Part shown: positions 27,201 to 41,434 of the stretch, piece after piece
Position numbering within the stretch: the stretch's first letter is position 1
Layout: each line of letters starts with the position of its first letter
Assembly (NCBI RefSeq): GCF_009914755.1
Contig: NC_060939.1
DNA: 64,000 nt
Source: the human T2T-CHM13v2.0 reference genome, Homo sapiens
Strand: one strand, 5' to 3'
The notes under the pieces: generated by a model
Database searches by the model: none
What the model was told of the DNA's origin: nothing
The model's input: only the letters and a program-made list of their open reading frames with translations
Translations under genes and position numbers: made by a program

Positions 27201-27627
27201 AGCAAGGGCAGTTCCACTGCAGAGGCAGTGGCAGAGAGGATTTCTGTTGCTCCTGGAAGCTCTGTCCAGGGAGTTGCTGAGTTGCTACTGGCTTGAAGGC
27301 TCAAGTGGGGGGCTGGCTGGAGACCCAGGCCAGGAAGACCTGCCCATCATGGCCCACCCCTCTCTCTGGGAACTCTGTCCCAGGAAGGTTTCAAATCTCC
27401 ATTGGCCAGGGAACACTGGTGGGTGTAGCTGGAGGCCTCAGGTGGGAGATCCTGTCCAGTGACGAGGAACAGGATCAGGGGCCTGCTTACAGAAGCATTC
27501 TGGCCATGATTTGGTAAAGCAGCTGTGCTATGCCACAGGATCTCTTCTGTCCCTGGTGAGTTTGTACTCTCCAAAGCCCGCACGCTGGAATGACTAAGTT
27601 GCCCAAACAGGAAAGATGGTGGCCTGC
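24240..27627 (-). mobile_element. Old primate L1 (approx. L1PA13-16): 5' UTR, ORF1 and start of ORF2
   Basis: ORF 24813..25058 (IIHENVPNLARQAN...PRHIIIRFS...LKAAREKG) is ORF1p. ORF 24419..24688 (LREFIITRPTLQELLKEAL...MTRGSNPHIPLLTLNGNGLNAPI) spans the ORF1 end and ORF2 start. A GC-richer 5' region extends to ~27627. Confidence 0.85.
25371..25445 (+). ncRNA. MIR3118: miR-3118 precursor hairpin (mature 25414-25436)
   Basis: Hairpin aattttcataatgcaatcacac-acaatcacc-gtgtgactgcattatgaaaatt. The 3' arm TGTGACTGCATTATGAAAATTCT matches the mature miR-3118 sequence as I recall it. MIR3118 copies are known neighbours of POTE genes. Confidence 0.85.
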
Positions 27628-27968
27628 CTCATCTTTTCTCTCAGAATTTATCCTGTGTGATGGAGCTTAATTTTTAGGTTGTTAATTTTACTGTCAGCGT
27701 TAGAGTTGTTCAGAAAGAATCTCACTGTTATCTTTTAGGTGAGATATATAAGAATTCATTTTCTCCTGTAAATAAACCTGTTGATGTTTGTTCTCTGGAA
27801 AGAAGTCCCTTTCAGCTATCTGACTTTGATCACAATCATGTAGAGCAGTAGTCAGTCTACAATGACATGATTGAATTTCCATTTCCAGTGTTTCCTAGTT
27901 GTGTCTTACATTCTCCAGTTCAGAACTGAGCATTCTCAGTTGTCAAAATCCTAAGCTGTCCACTGTAC
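27628..27968 (-). pseudogene. Decayed ANKRD26/CCDC144-type coiled-coil coding remnant forming the POTE 3' UTR
   Basis: After the TAA, broken frames read YSGQLRILTTEN..., MEIQSCHCRLTTALHDCDQSQ...QEKMNSYISHLKDNSEILSEQL and ...LHHTG*ILREKM. These are similar to the ANKRD26 coiled-coil region. Confidence 0.75.
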
Positions 27969-28181
<213 letters not shown>

Positions 28182-28812
28182 CTAAGTAAACAAAGGGAAC
28201 TTTTAGTTAGCACTCAATAGAATGACATATCATGATTTCTTCTAAAATCAAAGAATGACATTTATATTTGTATAATGAAATAATTCCCATAGTGGATATT
28301 TAACTGGAAAAACGTTGGACAAAACTTCAAATCTAGAAGAGTGTAAATTCCAAAAAGTTGAAATATTTATCTAAAGACCATGAAAAATAAATCACTAGAG
28401 GATTTTTAAGAATTTCAGAATTGGAAAAGCCTTTCTCTGAATTACAAAAAACCCAGAGGCATAAAATAGAAGATTAATACATTTGGCTACATTTTTTAAA
28501 TTGGGTTTACACTCTGATATCTAACCTACAAACCACACCATCATAAGAGCCTCAGCTATGCATATATTAGGACAGAAGCAATTCCTCAAAGTTCTTTAAG
28601 TTCCTTTTTCTGAGGAATGTTTTATCAATATACTGCTTTTCTAATATTTTTACAGTCAGTTATAAGAATTACATTTATTCATAACTGTTAAATCTAAGCA
28701 TTGTACCCTTCTACAATGTACACACCGGCATCTAAGCATTGCACTTCTACATACAACACTCAACTCATTTAAGATCACGATTCTTAAAAGGAGAGGTCAA
28801 AAAATATATGCA

Positions 28813-28957
28813 GCCAGGACCAGTGGCTCACACCTGTAATCCCAGCACTTCAGGAGGCTGAGGCAGGAGAATCGTGTGAACCTGGGAGGCAGAGGTTGCA
28901 GTGAACTGAGTTTGTGCCATTGCACTCCAGCGTGGGTGACAGTGCAAGACTCCATCT
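28813..28957 (+). mobile_element. Monomer-length Alu (left-arm start fused to right-arm end) followed by (CA)n(TA)n to ~29008
   Basis: ...aatcccagcacttcaggaggctgaggcaggagaatc... joins left-arm to right-arm sequence. Confidence 0.8.
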
Positions 28958-28965
28958 AGAATACA

Positions 28966-29008
<43 letters not shown>

Positions 29009-29825
29009 GCAACGTGCAAGATTTTTGCCAGGTCTTCTGATGCTACTGTTAGTGATCTTCCACAAAATCAGTTGCTTCTGTGGTGTAAATATATAAATAC
29101 AAAAGAAGCCTTTTATTTCAAAATACAAATGGTAAATAAGATATAACTTACAAGGCTTTTCTTAGAAATCATGAGATTATTTGCCATTGCAATAACTTTT
29201 CTTTCCTCTTCATAATGTTTGAAACATTATAGTAGTAAGTGTGAAATACGGGAAACGTACTGAACTATTCATCTGGGAACAAAATACTTATCAATAAATT
29301 ATCACTAAATGTGTATCATGGCATGTCATTGTTTTCAAAGCTCTTTGCATTGAATTGAGAAACTACTCGGAGCAAACTGTTCCTCTCCTCAAAAGCAAGG
29401 ATAATGACATCCACAATGTGGCCTCTGACCCAGCTGTACATTTCCTACTTTCCTATTAGTGAAAATAACAAACTGACTTCTCTATTAATATTTTAAAAAG
29501 AACTAATGTCCCAAAACTAGCAAATCTGTTGTTAGTAGCAAAACTTATTTTTGATATTGGAAAGATAATCAATTCTTATGAAAAATATCAAATGCTTTTC
29601 CTTTGGATTGAGGCCATTGTGAAGGTCACTACTCGACTGTTGCAGGCAAATGCAGTTGAATTAAGAACATGGCTTTATCCTATGTGTACATATATAGATA
29701 TATGACCAAGGATATACAGGGTGTGTGTATATATATGATTTAAAAATCCTTTATACCTTCCAAAATAAAGCTTTTTAAAAATATACACACATATGAAAAC
29801 ATTTGATAATGACTAAAGAAAATAC

Positions 29826-29949
29826 CTCAGAATTCATTTCCTTTTCAGCCACTTCTATCTGCTTTTGTTTATTAGTCAGAATCTCATCTTGTGATATTCC
29901 AGTGTTCTGTTCTTCAGAAAGTTGTTTCTGGGTATCATTTTGTTCGTCA
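29826..29949 (-). CDS. POTEB: POTE coding exon 10 ([15 protein letters not shown]...EKEMNSE)
   Basis: AG/GT boundaries, 124 nt; overlaps ORF 29775..29972. Confidence 0.92.
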
Positions 29950-30094
29950 CTAGAAGAAATTTTAATTTTCATGAAATACTGGAGGTGTCCCTAAAATGAT
30001 CTACAGGGCAAGATGGCACCATCAGATGTCATTCACACAATGTATATCTGCACATTAATCCAAGACAAGGCAAAGGGGCCTCACATCTGTTAAC

Positions 30095-30613
30095 CCTGCT
30101 CTCCCAGTCATGTTGGCACCAGGGACTAGTTTTGTGGAAGATAATTTTTCCATGGACCTGAGGTGGGGGATGGTTCCAGGATGATTCAAGCACATTACAT
30201 ACATTGTGCACTTCATTTCTATTATTACTAATATATAATGAAATAATTATATAACTCACCATCATGTAGAATCAGTGGGAGCCCTCAGCTTATTTTCCTG
30301 CAACTAGATGGTCTCATCTAGGGGTGACAGGAGATGGTGACAGATCATAAAGCATTAGATTCTCATCAGGAGTGAACAACCTAGATCCCATGCATGAGCA
30401 GCTTGCAATAGGGTTCAAGTCACACTCTTATGAGAATCTAATGTCACCGCTGATCTGACAGGAGGAGCAGCTCAGGTGGTAATGTGACAGAGAGTGGCTG
30501 TAAACAGATGAAGCTTCACTTGCTCATCTACCACTAACTTCTTGCTGTGTGGCCCAGGTCCTAACAGGCCAGGGACTGGTACTGGTCTGTGGCCTGGGGA
30601 TTGGAAACCCCTG
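30095..30613 (+). mobile_element. MER1A hAT-Charlie DNA transposon
   Basis: ttggcaccagggactagttttgtggaagataatttttccatggac...ggggattggaaacccctg. Confidence 0.85.
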
Positions 30614-30849
30614 TGTTAACTCAAACTTTTTATGTTTATTTTTTGGAAACAGTTTCCACTTATATTCTTTATTCCTCTGTAATTTATAGACAAATTAGAA
30701 ATTCCCTTTGGAACAAGACAGGGTCTAATATTGTGTTTTTAACATAGAACTTTGAATTAATTTTATCTGTGTATGAGAGAGAGATGTGAAATAAACTGAT
30801 CATTAATCGCTTTCAATTTCACTTTTATTTCATGCATATTAAGAAGAAA

Positions 30850-31791
30850 ACTGGGAAGCCCTAGGCAGAGCAATTGGGCAAGAGAAATAAAGGGCATCCA
30901 AATTGGAAAAGAGAAAGTCAAACTCTCTCTTCACCAATGATATGATCTTATGCCTAGAAAACCCTACAGACTCCTACAAAACACTCCTAGATTTGATAAA
31001 TGAATTTAGTAAAGTCTCAGAGGTTACAAAATATACAAATACCAATGAATAGTACCACTATACACCAACTACAACCAAGCTGAGAGTCATATCAAGAATC
31101 CAATCCTTTTTACAATGGCTGCAAAATAGTAAAATACCTAGGAATATACTTAATGAAGGAGGTGAGTGATCTATCAAAGGATAACTGGAAAACGCCACTG
31201 AAGAAAATCATAGATCATACAAATAAATGAACATACATTCTATGTTCCTGGACTGAAAGCATTGATATTGTGAAAATGCCATAGTGCCCAAAGTAGTCTA
31301 CAGAGTCAATACAGTTTCTACCAAAGTACCAATGTCATTCTTCACAGAGTTATTTTAAAAAGCTGTCATTCATGTAGAACCACAAAAGAGCCTGAATAGC
31401 AACAGACATACCAAGAAAAAGGAACAAACATGTTGGCATCAAATTACCTGACTTCAACTCTAAGGCCACAGTAACAAACATCATGGTACTGGTATAAAAG
31501 TACATACACAGATCAATGGAACAGAATAGACAACTCAGAAAAAAGGCCACTTACAACCAAATGATCTCTGAGAAAGGATACAAAAACATACACTGGAGAA
31601 AGTACACGTTATTCAACAAATGGTGCTGGGAAAAAAAGATAGTCACATATAGAAGAATAAAATTGGATCTCTATCTCTCACCATGTAAAAAATTAATTCA
31701 AGATGGATTAATGGCCTAAACCTAAGACCAGAAGACATTAGCCTAGGCAAATAATTTATGATGAGGACCCTGAAAGCAAAAGCAACAAAAA

Positions 31792-31822
<31 letters not shown>

Positions 31823-32450
31823 AAAGACCTAATTAAACTAAAAAGCTTCAGCACAGCAAAAGAAATAATCATCAAAGTGAGCCAACCACTTATACAATGG
31901 GGAAAATATGGGCAAATTATGAATCTAACAAAGGATTAATGTCCATAACCTACCAGAAGCTCAAACAAATCAGCAGGAAAAATACAAACAATTCCATTAA
32001 AAAGTGGGCACATGACATGAATAGACATTTTTCAAAAGAAGATGTACAAATGGTGAACAAGAATATAAAAACATGCTAAATATTACTAATCATCAGGGAA
32101 ATGTACAATAAAACAACAGTGAGATATCACCTCACTTCAGCCAGAATGGTCACTACTAAAATAAAAAAAACAGCAGATGTTGGTGTGGATGTGGTGAAAA
32201 AAGAAGATTTATACACTGCTGGTGGGGATACAAATTAGTACAAATCTATGGAAAACATTATGGAGAGTTCTGTTAAAGTAGATCTTACCATTCTATCCAG
32301 CATTCTCATTTCTGGATACCTACCCAAAATAAAAGAAATCATACTCTCAAAAAGACACCTATATACATATGTTTACTGCAGCACAATTCACATATGCAAA
32401 GATATGTTATCAGCCAGTGTCCATCAACTGATGAGTGGAATAAAGAAAAT
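30850..32450 (+). mobile_element. Old L1 (L1PB/L1PA) ORF2 RT to 3' region
   Basis: gggcatccaaattggaaaagagaaagtcaaact...gatatgatctta...aaaagtgggcacatgacatgaatagacattt; ORF fragments are ORF2-like. Confidence 0.9.
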
Positions 32451-32481
<31 letters not shown>

Positions 32482-32483
<2 letters not shown>

Positions 32484-32805
32484 ACCTGAGACTGGGTAAT
32501 TCATAAAGGAAAGAGGCTTAATTGATTCACAGTTACACATGGCTGGGAAGGCCTCAGGAAACTTACAATCATGGCAGAAGGTAAAGGGGAAGCAGGCAAC
32601 TTCTTCAAAAGGTGGCAGGAGAGAGAGAAGTGAAAGGGAAAGAGCCCATTATAGAATTATCTGCTCTTGTGAGAACTCACTATCAAGAGAACAGCATGGA
32701 GGAAACCGACCCCATGATCCAATACCTCCCAGCTGGTCTTTCTCTCAACACCTGGGAATTACAATTTGACATGAGATTTGGGTGGAAACACAAAGCGAAA
32801 CTATT
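32482..32805 (-). mobile_element. THE1/MST MaLR LTR
   Basis: cctgagactgggtaatt...ggcctcaggaaacttacaatcatggcagaagg...gagaactcactatca...atgagatttgggtgg. Confidence 0.85.
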
Positions 32806-33714
32806 GGGGGGGGTGTATCCTTACTTTTAAAATATCAAAATGTCATTATTTATATTTCAAAAATAGCAATTTTTATTAGTAATGATTTTGTTTGAAAATA
32901 AAATGACCTGGTAAATTTTCTTCAATTTTAGCCTAGTATTTAGTCAAAATATAAAAAGCTGAATTTGCCAGCAGAAAACTGTAATTACTTTTAAATGAGG
33001 TAAAGATGTATAAGAATATCACTGTTATTGTACTGAGAAGAAAGTGAATGAGAAAAGGAATTTAAAAAGAGAGTATCACTACCATATACATACATGAACT
33101 GACAAAGAGACTAAAATCTCCTACTGGAGATTATGTTAGGACTTGAGCAAAAGCTTCTAAAAATACCAAAAACAGAAAGAAAATAATTAATTTTAAGGAA
33201 TAAATTATACAGAGAAATATGTATTTTAAAAAAGGAAAACAGATCTTCCTGAGAGCTATTATTAACCAATTCATCTTGACCAAAATTTTAAAATGAAGTC
33301 TACAATTCTGGAATATAAAGTACTTTCATTTTGAACATAGTTAATTGAAGGCAACTTTTATACAGAAAATTTTTGGTTAAAGTTGACTCTAACTTAGGAA
33401 AGAAATGACTTGTACCAATGGTAACAACAAGCCACCCAAAAGCCAGTTTGAAATCTAGTCAATCAATCAATGACCACTGCTCTTGCTCACCAACCAATAT
33501 CAATGTGAGCAGCTTGCTTCTGAAATACAGCCACGCAGCAGCACCTGCTCCACCAGAATAGACAGTGCCTGACCAGTATTCCTCTTACTATAGGAAGCAA
33601 AAAATTCCAACTCTGTATCTTTATTTCAAATACCAAAGGTTCATAATCCCTTGAAAAGAATTTGTAAGTCCATTAAATGTGCCACCCTAATTTTTTTTTA
33701 AATAAAATACTAGT

Positions 33715-34005
33715 GGCCAGGCACAGTGGCTCATGCCTGTAATCCCAGCACTTTGAAAGGCCGAAGTGGGTGGATCACCTGAGGTACAGAGTTTGAGACC
33801 AGCCTGACCAACAGGGTGAAACCCCATCTCTATTAAAAATACAAATATTAGCCAGGCGTGGTGGCATGCCCCCGTAATCCCAGCTCCTTGGGCGGCTGAG
33901 GGAGGAGAAATGCATGAACCAGAAGGCGGAGGTTGCAGTGAACTGAGATCATACCACTGAACTCCAGCCTGGGGGATACAGCAAGACTCCATCTCAAAAT
34001 AAAAT
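33715..34005 (+). mobile_element. AluS
   Basis: Dimeric Alu; TSD aaataaaatac(t/c)agt. Confidence 0.9.
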
Positions 34006-34533
34006 AAAATACCAGTAAAGTTTACAATTCCTCTGACTCAGTTTACCATAATTACAATTATGTTTACTAGTAAAAGAATAAATAGTGAATAACCACAATA
34101 TTGGGCTTTTCTCTCTAAATAAAAAAATAATATAAAGAATGTAGCTTATTATAAAGAGCCAAAACAATTTTTAAAATGCATGTAATTACCGGGCAAAACT
34201 GTTAGAATGAACCATGTCAAACATTTTTAAAGTGAGAATTAATCAAACAATATATCCAGGATAAACTCCATTCACTCATTTAATAAGTATTTATTAGGTA
34301 GCTTCATCCAATATGCTAGGCCTTTTTCTAGGCAGTGAGGATATGGTAGTGAAAAATAAAAACCCCATTCATGAGAGTGAGAAAAACACACAATAACAAC
34401 AGACAGATAAGGCAAAATATACAGTATGTTAGAGGAGAAAAACTAAAGCAGGAAAATGAAATGTTTATGTGTTTCATGGGGAGGGTGGTGGGAAAGTTGG
34501 GGTGGTCAGAAAAGTCCCTGCTGAGAAAGGGGA

Positions 34534-34814
34534 TTTTTTTTTCTAATACAAAAAACCTTTTATTTGTATATCAAAGACTCTAAGAAATGACGACATAAGG
34601 TTAACGGCATTGATGTCAAGATACAAATGGGTTTGAAGTTAGAGATGTTAAATCACTTTGTTTCACTGAACCTTCCCTTCATTACGTTAGAGAGCATCCC
34701 TGGTAGGCACCCAATTGAACCTCAAGCATGACGCGTCTAGGTAGCACGCTGTTCTTCCTCAGAAAGTGGTTGTTCCTTAATGTCTTTCTTTTTACCCTTT
34801 TTCCTCTTCTTCTT
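34534..34814 (-). pseudogene. 5'-truncated NOP58 processed retrocopy
   Basis: The RC reads KKKRKKGKKKDIKEQPLSEEEQ (cf. NOP58 C-terminus KKKHIKEEPLSEEEP), then 3' UTR, AATAAA (34558-34563) and poly(A). TSD agaaagggg at 34524-34532 and 34815-34823. Confidence 0.75.
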
Positions 34815-35527
34815 AGAAAGGGGGTTTTAAATAAAGAACTGAAGGAATGGAAAGAGAAAGCTAGGAGGATAACTGGGGAAAAAGCATTCCAGACACAGGG
34901 AACTGCGAATCACAGAGGTGTGCCTGGCATCTTTAAGCACTAGGGGTAGATAAGGGACGGCAAGAATTCAGTTTGGCTGAAGCAGAGCAAGGGAGATAAT
35001 TAGGAGGAACTTTGACACATACTCCGAGTGAAATGGGAGATAATCAGAAGGGCTGGGGCAGAGGAATGACACAATTTGACTTATGTTTTAAATACATCCA
35101 CTGAGTTAAGAATTGATGAAAAGGGAAGTTTTTAAAAACCAGGACTATCAATTCCCAGTCTATGACACTCATCTAGACTGCAGATGAGGGTGGCTCAGAT
35201 GTACAAGATATGACTGACTTCTGGACATATTCTTCAGGTAGACCTGACAAGATTTACTGAGAGATTAGATGTGAGGTGTCAGAGAGAGAGAGAGATGAGT
35301 CAAGAATGACACCGAGATATTTGGCAGAGCAACTGGAAGAGTTGCCCTTAACCAAAAATAGGAAAGACTACATGAGGTGCAGATTTCAGGAAGGACATCA
35401 GTAGCCCAATTTTGGATCTGACAAGTGTGTGATACCCAATAACTAACCAAATAGAGACGTCAAGTAGGCAGGCTGATATAGAAATCTGGAATTAAGGAGA
35501 AAGATCTGAGCTGGAGACATACATTCA

Positions 35528-36100
<573 letters not shown>

Positions 36101-36847
36101 CTAGATTTATTACAGAAAAAAATTAGTGATAATCTTGAGGAAAAACAATGCTGGAGGACTGCTGAAATTGAAGACTTACTGGCATGAGATCAAGAGTGAA
36201 TGAAAAGAAAATTTGAGTTCGTGAGTGTAGACAGTTCTTTTAAGGACATCATACTTAGGAGTCATGGCTGAGAATGTTGTAATTTTCTTCCACAGTCATG
36301 GAAAAGTAATAGACAAATAGTTTCAAATTTTACATAAAAGGTGTAGTTTTCAAATTTTATATAACAATTATATATTTTAAAGCTTATAAAAATTATACAC
36401 ATGTGGCATTAAAAATGCCAGACCAAGGTGTTAAATCTTAAAACTATAGAACTAAAAGTTGCCTTGACCATTTCTAGATTACATAAGCTAATTATCATTT
36501 TGTTCATGCTTATACATAAAGACCAAGAAAAACTAAAAGTTTCAAGGAGAGTATTTCTTGCTTGATAAAAATCAGCCAATTCTAGGACAGTTGATGCTCA
36601 TCGAATATACAAAGTAATTGATCACCATAAAATACTGAATTCTATTAACAGGAATAAAGTGGCAGAAATGCAGAAAATAATCTTATTTTACAAATGAAAT
36701 TTTTAAAAATATATGAAGTCACTGTGGAAAAATATGGTGAGGTGAATACCAAAATATATCTTTTTCTCAAAGGAAAGATACTGTCACACATGCTGGGCAC
36801 TTTTATAAATAAGTGTTACGGCATTAGCAGCACCTTCCTTTTAGCAC

Positions 36848-37190
36848 AAGGGTCAGCAAATTAGCACCTGTGGGCCAAATCCAGGCCACTGACTGTTTTT
36901 GTAAGTAAAGAATCTTGGAACACAGCCATGCTTATTCACTTTACAGTCCATAGAGTCAATTAGCTGGGTGTGATGTTGCACACTTGGGGTCCCAGCTAAT
37001 AGAGAGGCTGAGGTGGGAGGAGGATCACTAGAGCCCAGAAAGTCAAGGCTGCAGTGAGCTGTGATCACACAATTGCACTCCAGCCTGGGCAACAGAGACC
37101 CTGTCTCAAAAAAAATAAATATATATAGTCCACAAAGCCTAAAATATTTACTAAATGGCTCTTTGCAGAAAAAGCTGGCCAGCTCCTGGT
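36848..37190. mobile_element. MER58-like hAT element interrupted by an Alu right monomer (~36958-37120)
   Basis: gggtcagcaaa...tgtgggccaaatcc...ggaacacagccatgc...cacaaagcctaaaatatttact...ctttgcagaaaaag. Confidence 0.65.
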
Positions 37191-37824
37191 TTAGCAGATG
37201 AAAGATACTTTGATATATTTTAATAAAAGTTTTACCCAATATACTCAAATGTTTATATTAAATATAGGTCCCCATGTACAATCCCTTGGCAATATTCAGA
37301 TTGAAGGTCCAATATTTTGGCACTCAGGCACTGACAACAAAAATTTAATAACTACCAATCTCGTTGCTAACAAGGTACAGTGTCAATGTAGCGTGTAGCT
37401 TCCATTTGCAACACAGCAGATATTACAAGAATTCTAACAAAATTATCTTAAGATGTGTTACCAAACTAAATGCTTTAAATACATTTTAATTGTGAAATAA
37501 TCAGTATACTCTAGATCTAACCTCATTTGTAAAAAATGTTTGCATACCGTATTATTTTCTGGGTATGAAAATTGAGCCATTTCCTATTGGTAAGGATTTA
37601 CTTTTGATAATGATAAATTCCTATTGATAAGGATCCATCTTTTTGATATAATAACGCTGTAAGAAATGTCCTTATACATAAGTATATATGTGACAAATCT
37701 ATACAAATATCCTTAACATACATATATATACTTACTATGTTATATATGTGTGTGTGCAAATATGCTAATAAATTAATGTTCAAAATATATTTACCAACAG
37801 TGTATGAATTGTCTTTTTCAATGA

Positions 37825-38162
37825 GACCATTTCCCTTGCAGCAACACACATGGAGCTGGAGGCCATTATCCTAAGCAAACTAATGCAGGAACAGAAAATC
37901 AAATGCCACATATTCTTACTCATTTGTGGGAACTAAACAATGAAAACTCATGGACACAAAGAGGAGAATAACAGACACCAGGGTCTACTTGAGGGTGGAG
38001 TGTGGCAGGAGGGAGATGACCAAAAAACTACCTCTTGAGTATTTTGCTTATTATGTGGCTGATGAAGTAATCTGTAGTCCAAACCTCCATGACACAGTTT
38101 ACCTATATAATAAACCTACACATGAACTTCTGAAGCTAAAATAAAAGTTCATTAAAAAGAAA
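37825..38162 (+). mobile_element. L1PA/PB 3' end
   Basis: ggagctggaggccattatcctaagcaaactaatgcaggaacagaaaa...ctaaaataaaagtt. Confidence 0.85.
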
Positions 38163-38386
38163 AGGAAATGCCTTTTCCCTCACATTTGCCAATGCCGGTT
38201 ATTTTTCAAATAAATTAATGACTGGAAAAAACGGTAACTCATTGTTTACTGATTTTCATTTTTCTGATTAACAGGCAAGGCTGAATATTCTAGTAAAAGT
38301 ATAAAATTTGTTCATCATGAAAGCCCAAATTAGGATTAGTTTGACAGCATATAGTTATCTCCTATTAAATGTTGCCATAGGCTTAC

Positions 38387-38553
38387 CTGTGATACTCTTC
38401 ATTCTCAGTGTCAGGAAATTGCTGATTTTCAGGTTTTCTGCTCTTCCTTTGTGGAATTAATCCATCATCACCATTGCCAGCACTGGCACCATTAGTCAGG
38501 TTTTCTGGTAATCCCACAGGATTACTTCCATGCTTCTTTATTTCTTCTTCAAC
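38387..38553 (-). CDS. POTEB: POTE coding exon 9 ([19 protein letters not shown]...ENEEYH)
   Basis: AG/GTAAG boundaries, 167 nt; ORF 38383..38589. Confidence 0.92.
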
Positions 38554-39596
38554 CTTGAGTGGAAGTTTGATATTAAGGATGGTTATCACTTTATTGAATA
38601 AAAATAACCTTTTTAATTGATTTTATCAATTGACTCAGTTTGCCATTATTTTAGTCATTAAAAATATTTCACACTTAAATTTGATCATATATACAGAACT
38701 ATAACCGTATAATTTTAAGATGTAATTATCATGTCATTAGTATATCACTGAAATTTTTGTAGTTTGCTTGATTCCAGCTGTTTGACTGAATAAAACAGAA
38801 TTTTCCAAAATTCAAAAAGGGCCCTCCTTCATTTTGTGCTTTTATTCCCAAAAACTCTTCAGAATCTTATATATGAATTTACCCCATTTGACTCGTGGGA
38901 ACACAAAAATAAAACGACATAGACACAAAATGTGTCTTCTGTCTTTACCACCTAGATTTTACATTAAACACTCAGATGTAGAGGATGAGACACTGGGGGG
39001 CTTCAGGAATAGAAAGGAAGATGGCCCTTTTCTGCACTAAGATATTCTCCTCCCCCACTGCCTTTGATCGTTCTTTTTTCATTTGGTTCCTGGATATCAA
39101 AAACATGATGGTGCTCACTGAAACATGAAAACCAAAGTTTGCCACAACACAAGGAGCAGAGTGAAACTGCTGAGGTGCAAGCATCGAATTCCAGAAAATT
39201 AGATGCTCCCCAAATTTCACATTCAATAGCTATACAATTTTCCAGCTGGAAATTACAAAGAATAAGTAATTATCTTCTTTAGCCACATTATCTAGTGATA
39301 ATCAGACTAAAACCAAGAAAGATAAAAGGATTGGTCCAAATCTCCTAAAGTGGCATTACCTAGCATTTTATGGCACCATTCAGGATTGTTCCATAATAAT
39401 GAAAGAATCTCTCTAGGGTTTGTATCTCTTGAAAACTCAATGTACAGAATTCTTTCTGAGTTAAATATTAAATTTTTCACTGGTGATTTATGCTACTTAC
39501 ATGATAGGATCATGTATGCGTACACTTACTACACTTTGTTAAACAGCATAACATAAAAATCTAATTCCACAGAAACATTTGAACATAAAGGTATAC

Positions 39597-39641
39597 CTCT
39601 CTATCACAGTCCTTATTTATTTCTGGTTCTTGAGACATTTT
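39597..39641 (-). CDS. POTEB: POTE coding exon 8 (KMSQEPEINKDCDRE)
   Basis: ctgcAG acceptor, GT donor, 45 nt. Confidence 0.88.
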
Positions 39642-41044
39642 CTGCAGATGCAAAAATAGAAGGTTAATTTGCTTGTTGTATTTCCGTGTATGTCTCCTCT
39701 TTTGGAATGCATGTTAAAATAATTTTATTCTTAAGTAATCAAGTATGGACATGAAAAATTAGAAAATAAAATAAAATTTAACTGTTAAAATAATTAAATA
39801 AATAAATAATTAAAATTAAGAATTAACTTTTTAATCTATGTTTAGCTACTGCCACATCATTGGCTTCTGACTAACATGGGAAAATAATTCACCTTAGACA
39901 AAGGGAGAATAAAAACATGAACCAGCAAACTTAACTTTGTCACCATTTGTTTGGACTAAACTTAATTTGTTATGTGTTAAATCTACCAAAAATGAATTAG
40001 CAGATGATTTGTAGTGTTCCAAGGGCTTCCTCACTTGAAAAGAGTATATCTCATGAAACCCTAACTAGTGAGCCCCTATAGTGCACTGAAGTGCTTTTTA
40101 AAAAGATTCCTAATTGGATTGTAGGCACGCTTTAAATTATTAGGAGCTGAAATCAACACCAAACAGGAAGAAATGCAAATTCTTAAATTTTAATTGAAAT
40201 TATATGCTGTAATATGATAGTGTTATGTATCTAGATGATCTGCTTAAGTCCAGTTCTAATATATTCTAAGGTGTACTAATTACAGTGGATAAAAATTTTT
40301 TAATAATCTGTACTGATTTTCTGCAACTGAAATAAGGTAGAAGGTTATTGTGTTTGTGCACTAACACCAAATGTCCCATTCTGCAAGATATGATTCTTGT
40401 AATAGGCAGTTGGGTTGCTTTTATGACCTGGTTCCCTCCCTGAACAGAAATGCTGAGGTCAGTGAGAGACCACAAGGCAGAATATGTCTTTAACCTTGGT
40501 ATCTGTGACTGACAATATAAAACTGCAGATTTTCAATCACTGGCCGTGATTATTCTTTAACCATGAATCCAGCTCAGGGACCTTCAGTGTTACATTGTTC
40601 ACAGTTCTATTGCTTAATAATATAATCCAATAATTGATGGTACTTTATCATGTTAGGGTGTTGTAAAAATAAAAGAACAAACAAAGGTCTGGAATATGTT
40701 TTTGCCTCTATTCCAAAAGGAAAGATTAGCTATAAGCTAATCAAAAAGGCAGATAAGAATATTTTAAATAAGAATACCATAAAATAAGAGTATTTTAAAT
40801 TTTATAGTGGTTACGTTTTTAAGCTAAATATCAAATGTCAAGTTAGAATTTATTAATTCTTCTGTTAATGAGATTGCTGAATTTATTAAAATAAATTTTA
40901 AGAATCTATTAAAAAATTCTTAAAAAAAGAATCTATTGATTCTTAAAACCTAGTCTGAAAGGTAATTTCATTTGGACTATCTAATATTATTCAAGCAAAG
41001 AAAACAACATTAAATCAAAAATTTAAACTTAAAATTTTCCATGC

Positions 41045-41115
41045 CTCTGGCTGGCTATTTTCACTGACTTTAAGCCTTTGTGACTCTTCCTCTGATGTCA
41101 GCTTTAAGTCTTGTT
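41045..41115 (-). CDS. POTEB: POTE coding exon 7 ([24 protein letters not shown]), GC donor
   Basis: tctcaacAG acceptor; 71 nt; ends CCAGAG|GCATGG. Confidence 0.88.
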
Positions 41116-41434
41116 CTGTTGAGAAATCCATATATTCAGTTAAAATGAACCACTTAGAACAGTTAAAAACTATTGCCTTTATAAAAATAGATTGAAGACA
41201 ACATTTTATTTTATTTCATAAACTGAGTGTTTAGTCTTTCATGAAATAGTTACTTAGGAAATAATTCTCCAAAACTTCAACAAACCACTTGGGGAGACAC
41301 CTGATGTGATTCACTCACAAATTCATCCACCCAACATAAATGAACAAAACCACCAGAAACACAACTTTAAAATACAGTAGAAACATATAACATAACTCAG
41401 TATGTTGTTCACTTCCTAATAGTGAAGCAGTAAA

